This document shows, piece after piece, positions 13,404-26,137 of a stretch of DNA of 64,000 nucleotides. A program made the position numbers and the translations under genes. The notes under the pieces are model-generated. The model worked only from the letters and a program-made list of their open reading frames with translations, had not been told where the DNA came from and did no database searches. The DNA comes from Felis catus (lineage: Eukaryota), in NCBI RefSeq assembly GCF_018350175.1, contig NC_058368.1, positions 153,824,001 to 153,888,000 of the forward strand. The letters are read 5' to 3'. Numbering within the stretch: the stretch's first letter is position 1; each line of letters starts with the position of its first letter.

Positions 13404-13800
13404 TGTGGTGGTTATTAATTTGTCAGATATTGCCAGCTTTTTACCTTTCAGGAACATAAAGGTATCTCACCCCCAGTCCCCACTGAGGTTGTGACAAGGG
13501 GGACATGGAACTATTTCTGCCCAACAAATTCTAAGCACAAGTAATGTGTGTCCCTTTTGGACCAAAATATTTCCTTATCAGTATAGGATCTTCTGGAGTT
13601 ACTGTATTCCCTGGTACAATGGCTGACAACATTTAAGATATTTTCTGTCCTGTATGACCCTGGATCCTTGAGTCAGTTCAATACTCAGAGCCCTCTGCTG
13701 GCCTGCAATTGACATATATCATGAGCAAAAACAATCTTCTTATTTTAAGCCACTGAGATTTGGGGATTGTTTGAAACTACAGCATGACCTAATCTGGATG
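13404..13800 (+). mobile_element. MaLR LTR (MLT1I/J-like)
   Basis: Starts tgtggtgg; ends with MLT1-typical ttttaagccactgagatttgggg..ttg..acagcatgacct. Confidence 0.7.
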
Positions 13801-13808
13801 CTTGAGCA

Positions 13809-15210
13809 TAGAAGGAAACTCAGTTTTTCCCCCAGTGAGAATGATATTAGCTGTGGGTCTTTCATATATGACTTTTAAGCCATATAAGTTGAGGTATATT
13901 CCATGTATCCCTGCTTTGTTGAGAGTTTTTTTTATTAAGAATGGATGCTGTATTTTGTCAAATGCTTTTTCTGCGTCTATTGACAAGATCATATAGTTTC
14001 TATCCTTTCTTTTGTTAATGTGGTATATCACATTGATTGATTTGAGAATTTTGAACCAGGCCTGCATTCCAGGAACAAATCTACTTGATCATGGTGAAAA
14101 TTCTTTTAATGTACTATTGAATTTGATTTGCTAATATCTTGTTGAGAATTTTTGCATCCGTGTTGATCAGGGATATTGGCCTGTAATTCTTCCCTTTAGT
14201 GGGTCTTTGGTTTTGGAATCAAGGTGGTGCCTGGTAGAATGAGTTTGGAAGTTTTCCTTCTATTTCTATAATTTGGAAAAGTTTTAGAAGAATAGGTATT
14301 AACTCTTCTTTAAATGTCTGGTAGAATTCCCCTGGGAAACCATCTGGCCCAGGATTCTTGTTTGTTGCAAGATGTTTGATTATTGATTCAATTTCTTTTC
14401 TGGTTATGGGTCTGTCCAAGTTTTCTTTTTTTTTTTATGTTTCAGTTTTGGTAGTTTGTCAGTTTCTGGGAAGTTGTCCATTTTTTTCCATACTTCCCAG
14501 TTTGTTGGCATATAATTTTTTGTACTATTTTGTTATGATTAATTTGTATTTCTGTGATGTTGGTTGTGATCTCTCCTCTTTCATTTGTGATTGTATCTAT
14601 TTGGGTCCTTTCTCTTTTTGATAAGTCTGGTTAGGGGTTTATCAATTTTGTTAATTCATTCAAAGAACCAGCTCCTCTTAGTTTTGTTGACCTGTTTTAC
14701 TGTTTTGTTTTACTTGTTGTTCTTGTTGTTGTTTTTTGTTTCTATATCATTTATTTTTGCTCCAATATTTATTTTTTTCCACTATTCTGCTGGCTTTAGG
14801 TTTTATTTGCTGTTTCTTTTCTAGCTCCTTTAAGGGTAAATTTAGGTTGTGTGCTTGGGGTCTTTCTTGCTTCTTGAGATAGGCCTGAACTGCAATATAC
14901 TTCCCTCTTAGGACTGCTGCATCCCAAAGATTTTGGACTGTCGTATTTTCCTTTTCATTTGTTTCCATGTATTTTTTATTTCTCTTTAATTTTCTGGTTA
15001 ACCCATTCATTCTTTAGTAGGATGCTCTTTAACCTCCATGTATTTGAGGACTTTCCAAAATTTTTCTTGTGGTTGTCTTCAAGTTTCATAGTGTTGTGAT
15101 CTGAAAATATGCATGATATGATCTTGATCTTTTTGTACTTGTTGAAGGCTGATTTGTGACCCAATATGTGATCTATTCTGGAGAATGTTCCATGTACGCT
15201 TGAAAAGAAT
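13809..15210 (-). mobile_element. Internal L1 ORF2 fragment (end of endonuclease to early RT), no 3' UTR or poly(A)
   Basis: Minus-strand ORFs with [28 protein letters not shown] and [18 protein letters not shown]. Confidence 0.93.
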
Positions 15211-15269
15211 TGAATGATGCAGGTCGTGCTTGGTTTGGGCATTTTCTATATGGTACCAATAATATTTGG

Positions 15270-15708
15270 GATAGACAAACACTGCCAACTTTCCTAGAAC
15301 CCTACAGATCCTATTTATAATCTCTGTACACCATTTCCCCATTTCTGTGTGCTTTTGTATCTGGTAGCATGTACAAGAACTTCTCTTCAGAGGTCTGCCC
15401 TCTAATTATTGAAGCCACTTACTCTTAGGAGTAGACAAACCAGTGATTGACTGGCTCTTGAAATCTCAGCTTTCTTACCTGCAGAGAGGACAACTTTGAG
15501 ATGAACTTCCACTCACAATTCTCTGGCACGATCAGTGTGAAGCTACTCTCTGCAAGACCTTCCCTGAGATCGCACCTTTGCCTAACTGCTTCTCCTTTCA
15601 ATGCCCTGCTTTCTTGACTCCCTTATAATGTTCTCCTGGGAATTATTCCTTAATGAATCGTTTTTGCCTCATGTTAGAACCTGTTTCTGTGAAACCTTAT
15701 TTAAGACT
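15270..15708 (+). mobile_element. ERVL LTR (LTR16-like)
   Basis: 3' end ttctcctgggaattattccttaatgaatc...ctgtttctgtgaaaccttatttaagac resembles the LTR16 terminus. Confidence 0.55.
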
Positions 15709-16346
15709 TAGAATGGAATATACATTATGTGGCTTCATGAAAATGTTTAAGGAAATATATTTGGCTAGATTTTAACTTATCATGCTATGAAAAAAGTATC
15801 AAACTTTAGAATGTTGTGTTTTAGTTTCAAACCATTTAAACCAGAATGTTCACCATGTTTAATATGCTGTTCCTTTACCTGATCAAAATGACACTGCTGC
15901 TTCATTTTTGTTAGTAAGGCATGATTTTTATATCATTATTACATCATTTCTCCACTTTGGGTGCAGACTTGAAATCATTCTGTCTGTTCATACAGACATC
16001 TTCAGAGCCCAGAGAACATTATAAGATAAACTTAGGGTCAGGACAAAGCTATGATTGTGTAAGAGAGCCGAGGTTACTGGTCACACATGGTGAAATTTAT
16101 CGACATCCTGTCCTTATTATAGTGCTCTCATGAAGTGTTGGAACTGGCCATCAGTGATGATGACACACAAAAGTAAAGGGCAAAACCCCACCTCTTTCTT
16201 CTGGTGATGCTTATTGGCTTGAACTGTTAAATGTTGTTATCAAGATCTATACTTTTTGGCCAATATATTTTGCGTGCTATCCACTTGGGATACAGTTCTG
16301 ACTTTGACTTTCTTCTTGTTCAACTTAATAAGTTAAGTGAAATTAT

Positions 16347-16547
16347 GAGGCGTCAGGGTGGCTCAGTCAGTTAAGCCTTCGACTTCAGCTCAGGTCATGA
16401 TCTCACAGTTCATGAGTTAGAGCCCCGTGTCAGGCTGTGCTAACAGCTCAGAGCCTGGATCCTGCTTCGGATTCTGTGTCTCCCTCTCTCTGCCTCTCCC
16501 CCACTCCTGCTCTCTCTCTCTCAGAAAAAAAAAATTAAAAAAATTAA
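16347..16547 (+). mobile_element. Can-SINE (felid type)
   Basis: SINE head, (CT)n tract, A tail; perfect TSD taagtgaaattat 16334-16346 / 16548-16560. Confidence 0.94.
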
Positions 16548-17199
16548 TAAGTGAAATTATATTGATATTTAATTACATGTTTGTTTAGAAAATGCAATGC
16601 TTTGGCAATTTATAAATGTAGAATTTGTTTTATTTATTTGTTATATACTCTTAGGTCACATGAGGAGTAAGTTATCCAAACTAAACTACTGAAATGGTGA
16701 GGATCTCTTACTTCATCTTCTTCTAAGTTAATAGGATTCATGTAGACAGATGAACTAAAAACAGCACCATCGGTATCCTTTGTTCGGATGTGCATCAGCC
16801 TCTGAAGGAATAATGGATTTCCTCTTTTGGGAAATGTCTCTTGTCATGAAGTGGAGATCTTTGAGATTTATTTTGTTGGTCAAGGAAGGAAGAAGCAGTG
16901 GAGAATTGATGTACATTCTGGTTAATAAAGTAGAATGCCTTTAAATTCAATTGCTCCTTACCTTTTTATCAGGTGTTCTATTGTTTCCGCTTTACATTAC
17001 TTAATAAGATAATTTTTTTTACATGTGGTGATGAGAACCAAAAGTTAAAAGCAAATCTTTAGGTGCCATAGATTCTACAATAATGCAAGTGAAACCCATT
17101 TGTACCTCTACACATTCTCTGTGCCTCTGAGATAGAGTCATAGCTAGAAAATAATATGTAAATGATAATACTCTTATCATTTACTTACTGTTACTCTTA

Positions 17200-17775
17200 T
17201 CACAGTAAGCATTTAGAAAATAATATGCCACTATATATTAAATTTTAACATATACATATATCTTCTGACTTAGCCTATTCACTTTTAGGCATTGATTGAA
17301 CACAAATAAAGGTGATAATACATAGAACACATATACAACAGGGTTTATTTTATCCTTGTTTATAGTTGTAGAAACCTGGAATTAATCTGAATATCTAAAC
17401 ATAGGTGAATGGTTATATAAGTTAAGATGAGATTATAATAAAGAATATTTTACAGCTCTTAATAGAAATGAATTAAAGTAATATTCCTGACAGGATATGT
17501 AAATGTAAAAATGGCTCATGGTATACAAAAGAGCAGTTGTAGAAAAAAGCGTATTGTATGAACCAGTTTCTATTAAAAGAAAGAGAACTGTCTATATTGG
17601 TATGAACATAGAGTCATACCTCAAAGAATGCACACTAAAATTTTAACATTTAACTCAGGGGCAGCATAGCTTGGGAAAGAGTGTGAGCTAATAACATTTT
17701 AATGCCTCTGTATTATTTAGTATGATACAGCAAGTACACATTTCTTTTATAATTTTGGAAATGATAAAGCATATA
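17200..17775 (+). mobile_element. Ancient L1 (L1ME-like) 3' fragment
   Basis: Degenerate L1 3' motifs (ttctgacttagcctattcacttttaggcatt; aaacctggaattaatctgaatatc..ataggtgaatggtta). Confidence 0.55.
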
Positions 17776-18007
17776 AAGTTTTTTTTTGACAAAAAATGAG
17801 GAATACAGATAAATAAATAAATATATCTGCCTCTATTATTTAGTAGGTTCTTTTATTATAATTCAAATTATTTTCTTCTGGTCTAAGCATTTCTCCTTTT
17901 TCTAGGGGTTTCTACTTTTGGCTTTTGAATGCCAGATTTCTTTTGGATATATATGTACAAAGACCCATTTCAGACTTTATTTATATGCAGCACCCACAAA
18001 TATAATG

Positions 18008-18377
18008 TGTGATGGAGGAAGGTGGAATTAGCTATGCAAAGATAGCCAAGTAGTACATTCCTGCTTCGCCATGTGACTAGACAGAGGTTGCTCCTCCCCG
18101 CTATGAATCCACCTCCAAATAAAGGAAGAATGCAAATGTCCAAGTGATTATTTCATAGGTATCACTAATGATCATCAATACCTCTGAGTCCCTGCTTTTT
18201 TCTGGACATTCAAGAAGACTACAATTTCCTAAGCTTTTAAAGGAAGACATGGGATATGACTTACTCTGGACAATGACATGTGAACCAAATACTATGCATT
18301 ATTTCCAAGGGAACAAGTAATAAACTTTCTGTTGTTGTTTATTACCACAGCATAAACTATTGTACCTGGCTGATACC
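18008..18377 (+). mobile_element. MaLR LTR (MLT1-like)
   Basis: tgtgatgg start; ends ttattaccacagcataaact...ggctgatac. Confidence 0.5.
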
Positions 18378-20009
18378 AGTCACTGTGCAAACATCAGTTG
18401 TTTGTGTAATACTTTGATCTTACGTACTAGTCAGAAATTTTGCCAGCAGGAGACACAACATTTTTAAATTCTCTGTGAGATGCAAGAAAGTTTCACTTCT
18501 ATAGAATTTAAACTTTTACCCAATTGACTTGGCCATAAGATTGATCTAGGTTCATATCTTACTTGGTAATACTGTACCAAACTACCCCACTTCTCTGGGC
18601 TACAGTTTCTATCAGTAAATTGAAAGTATGCATACTTGTATCTCATGGTTCTGTGAAGTAAAGGAAATAGTGTGTAACACATTGCTTTATACATAGTCTG
18701 TGTTCAAGACTGTTAGCCACCTACTTGCTAGAACCTTGTGAAAATATTCTAAGTGGACTGAGGAAGTAGTGAGAAAGCATTAAGATAAAAGGAAGGAAGT
18801 TGTTATTGATTCTAGGAACTTCCAGTCCCCCAGATTTGGTTAGCTATGCACTTTGAGATCCTGGAGTAATGTTGGTAGAGAGTTTGTAAATCCTTTGGAT
18901 TCTTAGGTGTTTGAATGTATGACATCTATTCCATGATGGGAGAAATCCTAAGGATTTCTCTGACCTAACTCTAACCTATACATATTGACTGAGCCCTACT
19001 TAATTTTCTATTTTGTTTTCAACCTATTTAAGTATATTATAATCCTCTTCTAGTTTGAGCCCCTTTCTCACCATCACCTAACACTCACAGGTGTTAGTTT
19101 ACAAGGTAAGCAAAGTATCATTGCCTTGTCTTCAAACTCTCTACTTCTATTCTGAGACATCAACTACCAAGGGGGTTCTGAAAAAATAGGGGAATTGTCA
19201 CATGCACTCATGCAGGCATGAAATTCCCACACAAGAAATTTTGTAGGTAGAAACACATGCCAGAAAAACACTATTGGTTATACTTGCTAAAAATTAGAGT
19301 GGTTTATATACATCATTCATTCACATACCAGGCAAGGAAACAATAGGAATAGAAGAACTGCCACATTAATAAATTGAGCTGCTTATTTAAATAAATCCAT
19401 GGAAGCCGTTGAGAGTTGGAATAAATGTGCTCAGTAATTTAATTTTTAGTTACATATTTAAGAAAGGTAGTTTACTATGACTCATTTAGACAGGTTGGAG
19501 CAATTCAAACTTACAAAGTTGTGATATGATGGTTGATAAATAGTCTACTTTGAATGATTACTCCAGGACAATGAAAGTGTTTCCATTCTCTTTTACCAGA
19601 GATTGGTTTAGGAATGGCCAATTGTGGTCATTGATATAAGACAGAGAGTCCAGGAGACACTGCTGGCAAAGTTTCCCTTCCTCTCTCAGTTATAAAGAGA
19701 GACTTGAGAAAGACATAGTATCTTTCTTCCTCTAAATGTTGTCATATTTGCACATAATGCCTGGAGCTACTGCAGTCACCTTGTGATCTTAAAGGTATCA
19801 TTCTGAGGACAAATATGACCAACTTAAGTCTTTCATGACATAATGAAACCTGATCTTGGAATCTATTGTTAGAGACATCTTGTTATATAAGATAATAATT
19901 TTTTTATTGTTCAAGACATTTGAGGGATTAAAAAAAATTGTGGTCTAGGACATTTAACTTAATACATAGATAAGAAAGTTTACTTTGATATAGAATTTAT
20001 ATGATTCAA

Positions 20010-20880
20010 GAATTCAATGAATATTTATTGAATATGTAATACACACTTTGCAAAAGACAGCTCACTGTGAACACAGATTGCAATCTCTGCCCTCAGATTT
20101 TGTGGTTTAATATAAGTAATTTAACAAATCTGCATTACAACACAGTGTTATATACAATTATATGATCTCTGACATCACAAGAAGGTGCCTGAACCAGTGT
20201 CCCAAGATTGGAAAAGGTTTTCCATAGGATAAAACTTCCAGTCTGCAATTAAAATGATTAAGAGATGTTGGCTAAGCATGTGGAGGGACAGTAGTCAAGA
20301 CTAATTTTAGTGACAAATGACAAGAAGTTACTGGCTGCTGTAATCAGGAAGCCCAGTGGCAGTTTCAGACCCAGCTACATCCAGAGACTCAAATCATGTC
20401 ATCGCAAACAACCTAAATAGTATGAACAACTGGAGGGATGAAGTTGCCATTTTAAAAGGTGAGTGATGGGTATACATTTCAGGGGCATGATCCAGGAACT
20501 CAGTTTTGAACATATTAATTTTGAGATACAAGTAAATTTTTTCAGATGGGGACCCTGATGGAATATTTGGATATATAAATCTAGAGTTCAGGGAAATTAT
20601 CTAGGCTACAGAAAGAAATTTATGAGTCATTAGCATATAAATATATAGTATTTAAAGCTGTGAAGCTAGATAAGATCGTTGTAGGTATGAGAATAGAGAG
20701 GAAAGAGAAAAGGTCCAAAGAATGAATTTTGGGGATGCCAGAATGCCAGGGTTGGGGAGAAAAGAGAAAACCAGTAAAGAGTATGATAATGAACAGTCAC
20801 AGATGTAGGATAAAAATCAGATCTTAGAAGCAGGGATATGTAAATATGAGAAGCAGAGAGAAGGAGAAAGTGTTCCACAG
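20010..20880 (-). mobile_element. L2 fragments
   Basis: attcaatgaatatttattgaa is the reverse of the L2 3' end; purine-rich body with ggaactcagttttgaacatattaattttgaga. Confidence 0.55.
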
Positions 20881-21543
20881 GCCCTCCTTCCCCCACCAGT
20901 TTGTGTCTATGCCCAAAATTTAGCTTTCTCTAGAGTCTGTAGATGCAACATATTCCTAGAAAAGGCCATTCTTCGCTTTTCTGTATCTTTCCATCCTCTC
21001 TGATGTGGAAAAGAATAGTTTGAGCTAACTATAAAGGTTTTACTTTATTTACCAGATAAAATTGAGGAGAGAAATGAACAATACAGAAGAAAAATGAGCA
21101 AGTACTTACTGCTTCTATTTTCTTTTTCCCTAAGCCTTCAAGCTCAAGTTCAATGGGTTGGCTAGGAAACTAAAGTCCCCAAAAGAGTAAGTTATCATTC
21201 ATACTATAATCTTCACCGTGACGTAGCTACCTGGGTAGACAGAAGTCACCTAGGTACCAGGAGAGCTGAATCCTATACTTGGATGGATCTAGCAAGATTT
21301 CAAATGTGGGAGCAAGTAAGCTTTGAATTTAAACAGTTCGACTCAAGAACCCATACTCCCAACAAGTTATTGAACTCCCTCGTGGACTCTTGTGAATATG
21401 ACACGGGTAAGAGTGGTCTGACAATTTTAAAAGCACTCCTAGAGGTACTATTACCTTATTTTCTTATTTCAGAGATCATCCAGGAACACCTGGATACTGC
21501 TTATACTCTAGGTACCCATTAAAGACTCCTTTTTACAGGGGCC

Positions 21544-21590
21544 TGTGTGTGTGTGTGTGTGCGCGCGCGCGTGCGTGTGTACACATGTGC
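21544..21590. repeat. (TG)n(CG)n alternating purine-pyrimidine tract
   Basis: tgtgtgtgtgtgtgtgtgcgcgcgcgcgtgcgtgtgtacacatgtgc. Confidence 0.9.
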
Positions 21591-21683
21591 CTGTGTATAT
21601 GTGTAAAATACTGGTTGCTTTGGATTGATTTGGTGAGCCTACTTAGAAAATGTTTTTCTTTTCTAAACACCCATTGGCCTTAT

Positions 21684-21701
21684 TGTCACTAGATGGCAGA
21701 A
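21684..21701 (+). promoter_or_regulatory. Candidate CTCF motif
   Basis: tgtCACTAGATGGCAGaa matches the CTCF core CCACYAGRKGGCR at all but the first position; motif match only. Confidence 0.4.
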
Positions 21702-22177
21702 ATAGATCCTAGTTCTGTGGGAAAACGAGTGTTCCTTTTACATTCGGGAAGGGCACAGAAAAGCTTCCCACAGACAATGTTTACAGGCTTTCTTTATTTT
21801 GACATTTCTTCGGAATACATTAATGTTTTTGGAAATTCCCTGTTAGGTCCCCTGCAGGGGTATGCTGCAAAGTGATCTTGGCTTACACAGAAAAAGAATG
21901 GCTTGCATTATGCACTTTGCATTTCAGTTCATAATTTTTAGAACCTAAAACTACTTTATTTAAGGCAGTGGGGAGAGTGTGAAGAGGGGTGGAGTTAAAT
22001 ACTAAGAAAAATCAAGACATTGTATCCCATTATGAAAGCGCTGCCACTGTAATATTTTCTCTGAGCCAGAGATGCCTTTATTATAATTCATTCTCTTTAT
22101 GGTAAGGGAAATTGACTGCCAGGGGTGTCAAATATTTTAAAATTCTCCGTGTGAATTTCTCTACTGGAGAAAGAATG

Positions 22178-22209
22178 TTTTTTCTTTCTTTTCTTTCTCT
22201 CTCTCTTTC

Positions 22210-22253
<44 letters not shown>

Positions 22254-22255
22254 TC
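22178..22255. repeat. (TTTC)n microsatellite
   Basis: Direct read. Confidence 0.95.
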
Positions 22256-23214
22256 AAATTAGTTATTGCTTCGAAGTGCTGTATTTATTTTAAAAACCAA
22301 ACTGATGTTTTAGAGGTTAAGAACAATGTTTTCTTGATATTCAAACAATCATTGATCCTTAATTGCTTTCTACACATGCCAATTATGACCTTTCTTAAAA
22401 ATGCCTAAGGAAAAATGTTTTATATTTTGTTTTTCAGGCTGAGTTAATAGATTAAAGATTATGCCATGTTCATATATTCCCCTATATCTTTGAAAACACT
22501 TAAAAATAATCTTATATTTTAGAAATTACTTTTATTATTCTTACAAAAAAATTTTAGCTTCATTAGGATTATATCTGGCCCATGGAAAGGACAGTTTTAA
22601 CCTTTTATTTACTTGCTTGAAATACGATTTTAAATATAAATTTTGTTGTAGTTGTGGCTATGGGAATTCCAAAGCCATAGGAAGAAATGCTTGGTGAATT
22701 CATTTGCATACCAATACCCAGAATGCTTTTCCACCTCACTGCTATTTAATCGAAGTCAGCTGGTACCAGAGCCCTGGGAACAAACTGAACCATTTTGACA
22801 TGCTTCTCTGTGCATGCACTGAGTTCTTTTTCTGCACCAGGAGCACAATGAAAACTCAAAATTTCATCACTGCTATGAATTTTTTATAAATACTTGAATA
22901 TTTTTTAATCTATCTTTCTGTACAACTTTCCTTTAACCCTTCCTGTGAAACGTTGGTGTATTGTTGTGATAAAATTCTAATTGATAAGTGGGTCCAGAAC
23001 TACAGATTACTCGGAAAATAAGTTAACTTCAGTAACTTGTGACTCTGAACATAAGTGGAAGGATTAGAACATATACTTCCATTTAAAAAAAGGTGAACTT
23101 AGAGAAAGTGGCATGTATTTGAGAAGATCTACAGCTTTGGTGGCTTGAAGTTGATGCTCAAGGATGATGCAAGTTAAGAATTCAGCAGATCTATTTAGGT
23201 CATTTTAACTTATT

Positions 23215-23463
23215 TTTATTTTCTATTAAAAAATCCTTGTATTTGAGAGATAGCACACTCGTGTGCACCTGTGCACAAGTGGGGGAGGGGCAGAGAGAGA
23301 GAGAGAGAGAGAGAGAAACACTTAAGCAGGCTCCACTAAGCAGCTTTCAGTGCAGAGCCTGGAACCTGAACCCAATGCGGGGTTCAATCCCAAGACCCTG
23401 GGATCATGACCTGAGTCAAAATCAAGAGTGGGTTGCTCAATGGACTGAACCCCCCAGGTGCCC
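23215..23463 (-). mobile_element. Can-SINE
   Basis: Reverse GGGCACCTGGGGGGTTCAGTCC head; (GA)n tract. Confidence 0.9.
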
Positions 23464-23639
23464 TTTAAATTATTTTTAAATGGTACTGAGCAGAGGTTAG
23501 AGCTAGTGAGGTAGAAATTGTGAGTTTTCTGGAGTATGTAAAAATGAAGTCAACTATAGCTGTTTGATGATATCATGGGTTTTTGTTATAGTGTGGGGAT
23601 AGCATTGTGGATGTTGTTTTTTTAAGGGTCATTCATTAG

Positions 23640-23846
23640 AGATATATATGAAAGTTTTAAAGATTAAGTGATATGATATCCAGGATTCTCTTTAAAATAA
23701 ATGGGAGTGGGAGAAAGGAGTGGGGTATAGATGAGATAAGATTGCCACATTTTTTTGAATATGGACAATGGATACATGAAAGTTCATTATGCTTATTCTG
23801 TCTACTCTTGAATCTGCTGAAAATGTTCTTCAATAAAAAGTTTTGA
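23640..23846 (+). mobile_element. Old L1 3' end (L1MB/MC/ME-like)
   Basis: ggatacatgaaagttcattatgcttattctgtctact...aataaaaagtttt is a typical old L1 terminus. Confidence 0.6.
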
Positions 23847-24257
23847 AGGGAGAAAGGAAGAAATAAGTCATAAGGGACCTGAGCATTTGAGTTTAGTCTA
23901 CATTTTCTTTCCAAAAAAATTGTGATTTATGTCCTTAGGTACTTTATCACATATGTCTGTGTGAAAGTAATTTAGTTCCTCAATTAATAAATAAGAAAAG
24001 GGAAGATATGCAAATTTCTTTTGATTTATGTCTCCCTTCCACTTGCTTCACAGCTTAGTCTGTCTGCCTTGATCTGTCATCTTGTTCTGTCTTGTAGATC
24101 CTATTCCATAATATTAAAAGAGTCTTTTTTATCCTATAGAAATTGGGTCTCACATCATCTTCTTACTACTCTCTATCTCCTTTCACAAGATCCTTTAAAG
24201 GATCATCTTAAATTTTCTCTATTACATTCTTACCCTACCATTCTTTTAAAAAGTAGT

Positions 24258-24411
24258 GGGGCACCTGGGTGGCTCAGTCGATTTAGCATCTGATTCTTGA
24301 TTTTGGCTCCGGTCATGATCCTGTGTTGGGCTCTGTGCTGAGCATGAGCCTGCTTAAGATTCTCTTTCTCTCCCTTGCCCCTCTCCCCTGCTTGCATGCT
24401 GTCTGTCTCTA
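24258..24411 (+). mobile_element. Can-SINE, internally deleted, directly abutting an L1
   Basis: ggggcacctgggtggctcagtcg head; ends gtctgtctcta then L1 sequence. Confidence 0.9.
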
Positions 24412-25540
24412 AAACCATCAAAACCCTAGAGGAGAAAGCAGGAAAAAACCTCTCTGACCTCAGCCGCAACAATTTCTTACTTAACACAAAGGCAAGAGAA
24501 TTAAAAGCAAAAATGAACTAATGGGACCTCTTGAAGATAAAAAGCTTCTGCACAGCAAAGGAAACAACCAACAAAACTAAAAGGCAATCGACAGAATGGG
24601 AAAAGATATTTGTTGCAAGTGACATATCAGACAAAGGACTAGTATCCAAAACCTTTAAAGAGCTCACCAAACTCCACACCCGAAAAACAAATAATCCAGT
24701 GAAGAAATGGGCCGAAAACATGAATAGACACTTCTCTAAAGAAGACATCCGGATGGCCAACAGGCACATGAAAAGATGCTCAACGGTGTTCCTCATCAGG
24801 GAAATACAAATCAAAACCACACTCAGATATCACCTCACGCCAGCCAGAGTGGCCAAAATGAACAAATCAGGAGACTATAGACGCTGGAGAGGATGTGGAG
24901 AAACGGGAACCCTGTTGCACTGTTGGTGGGAATGCAAATTGGTGCAGCCACTCTGGAAAATAGCGTGGAGGTTCCTCAAAAAATTAAAAAATAGATTTAC
25001 CCTATGTCCCAGCAATAGCACTGGTAGGAATTTACCCAAGGGATATAGGAGTACTGATGCATAGGGGCACTTGTACCCCAATGTTTATAGCAGCACTCTC
25101 AACAATAGCCACATTATGGAAAGAGCCTAAATGTCCGTCAACTGACGAATGGATAAAGAAATTGTGGTTTATATACACAATGGAGTACTACATGGCAATG
25201 AGAAAGAATGAAATATGGCCTTTTGTAGCAACGTGGATGGAACTGGAGAGTGTTGTGCTAAGTGAAATAAGTCATACAGAGGAAGACAGATACCATATGT
25301 TTTTACACTTATGTGGATCTTGAGAAACTTAACAGAAGACCATGGGGGAGGGGAAGGAAAAAAAAAGAGAATGAGGGAGCCAAACTATAAAAGACTCTTA
25401 AAAACTGAGAATAAACTGAGGGTTGATGGGGGGTGGGAGGGAGGGGAGGGTGGGTGATGGGTATTGAGGAGGGCACCTCTTGGGATGAGCACTGGGTGTT
25501 GTATGGAAACCAATTTGGCAATAAATTTCATATTAAAAAA
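24412..25540 (+). mobile_element. 5'-truncated felid L1 (ORF2 C-terminus and 3' UTR)
   Basis: ORFs 24531-25064 and 25057-25323 ([17 protein letters not shown]); same 3' UTR type as the full-length copy; AATAAA and A tail. Confidence 0.96.
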
Positions 25541-25941
25541 TAAATTAAAAAATTTAAAAATAGTGAAAAAATAGACCATGGATTCAAATAAATAAATGAC
25601 AAATAAATATTCATGTGTCAATAAGCTATGAATAAATAGAACATTACCAGTAACTTGAAATATCTGATGTCTCTCCTTTATCTCTCTTTGTGCTATATTT
25701 TATATAATGTGGTAAGGTGGGCACTATATTGAAATCTTTTCCATGTTTTTTTTGTATTGATTTAGCACTATGCATATATTACTAAACACTGTTGCTTAGT
25801 TTTACCTGCTTGGTAACATTTTATACTTTGAATCATACTGTAGTATTCTGTGTTCTACTTTTTTGAGTCAACTATATTTTAGGGATTTATTTACATTGAT
25901 GAGTGTAGCTATAGTTTATTTATTTTTACAAATGTGTAGCA

Positions 25942-26137
25942 GGGGCGCCTGGGTGGCTCAGTCGGTTGAGCATCCAAGTTCGGCTTAGGTCTTGATCTCA
26001 TGGTTTGTGGTTCTGGGCCCCACATCGTGCTCTGTGCTGACAGCTCAGAGGCTGGAACCTGATTCCAAATCTATGTCTCCTTCTCTCTCTGCCCCTCCCC
26101 CGCTCACACTCTATCTCTCACTGTCAAAAATAAACAT
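25942..26137 (+). mobile_element. Can-SINE (felid type) within an old antisense L1 relic
   Basis: ggggcgcctgggtggctcagtcggttgag head; TSD tttacaaatgtgtag / tttacaaatgtatag. Confidence 0.93.
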
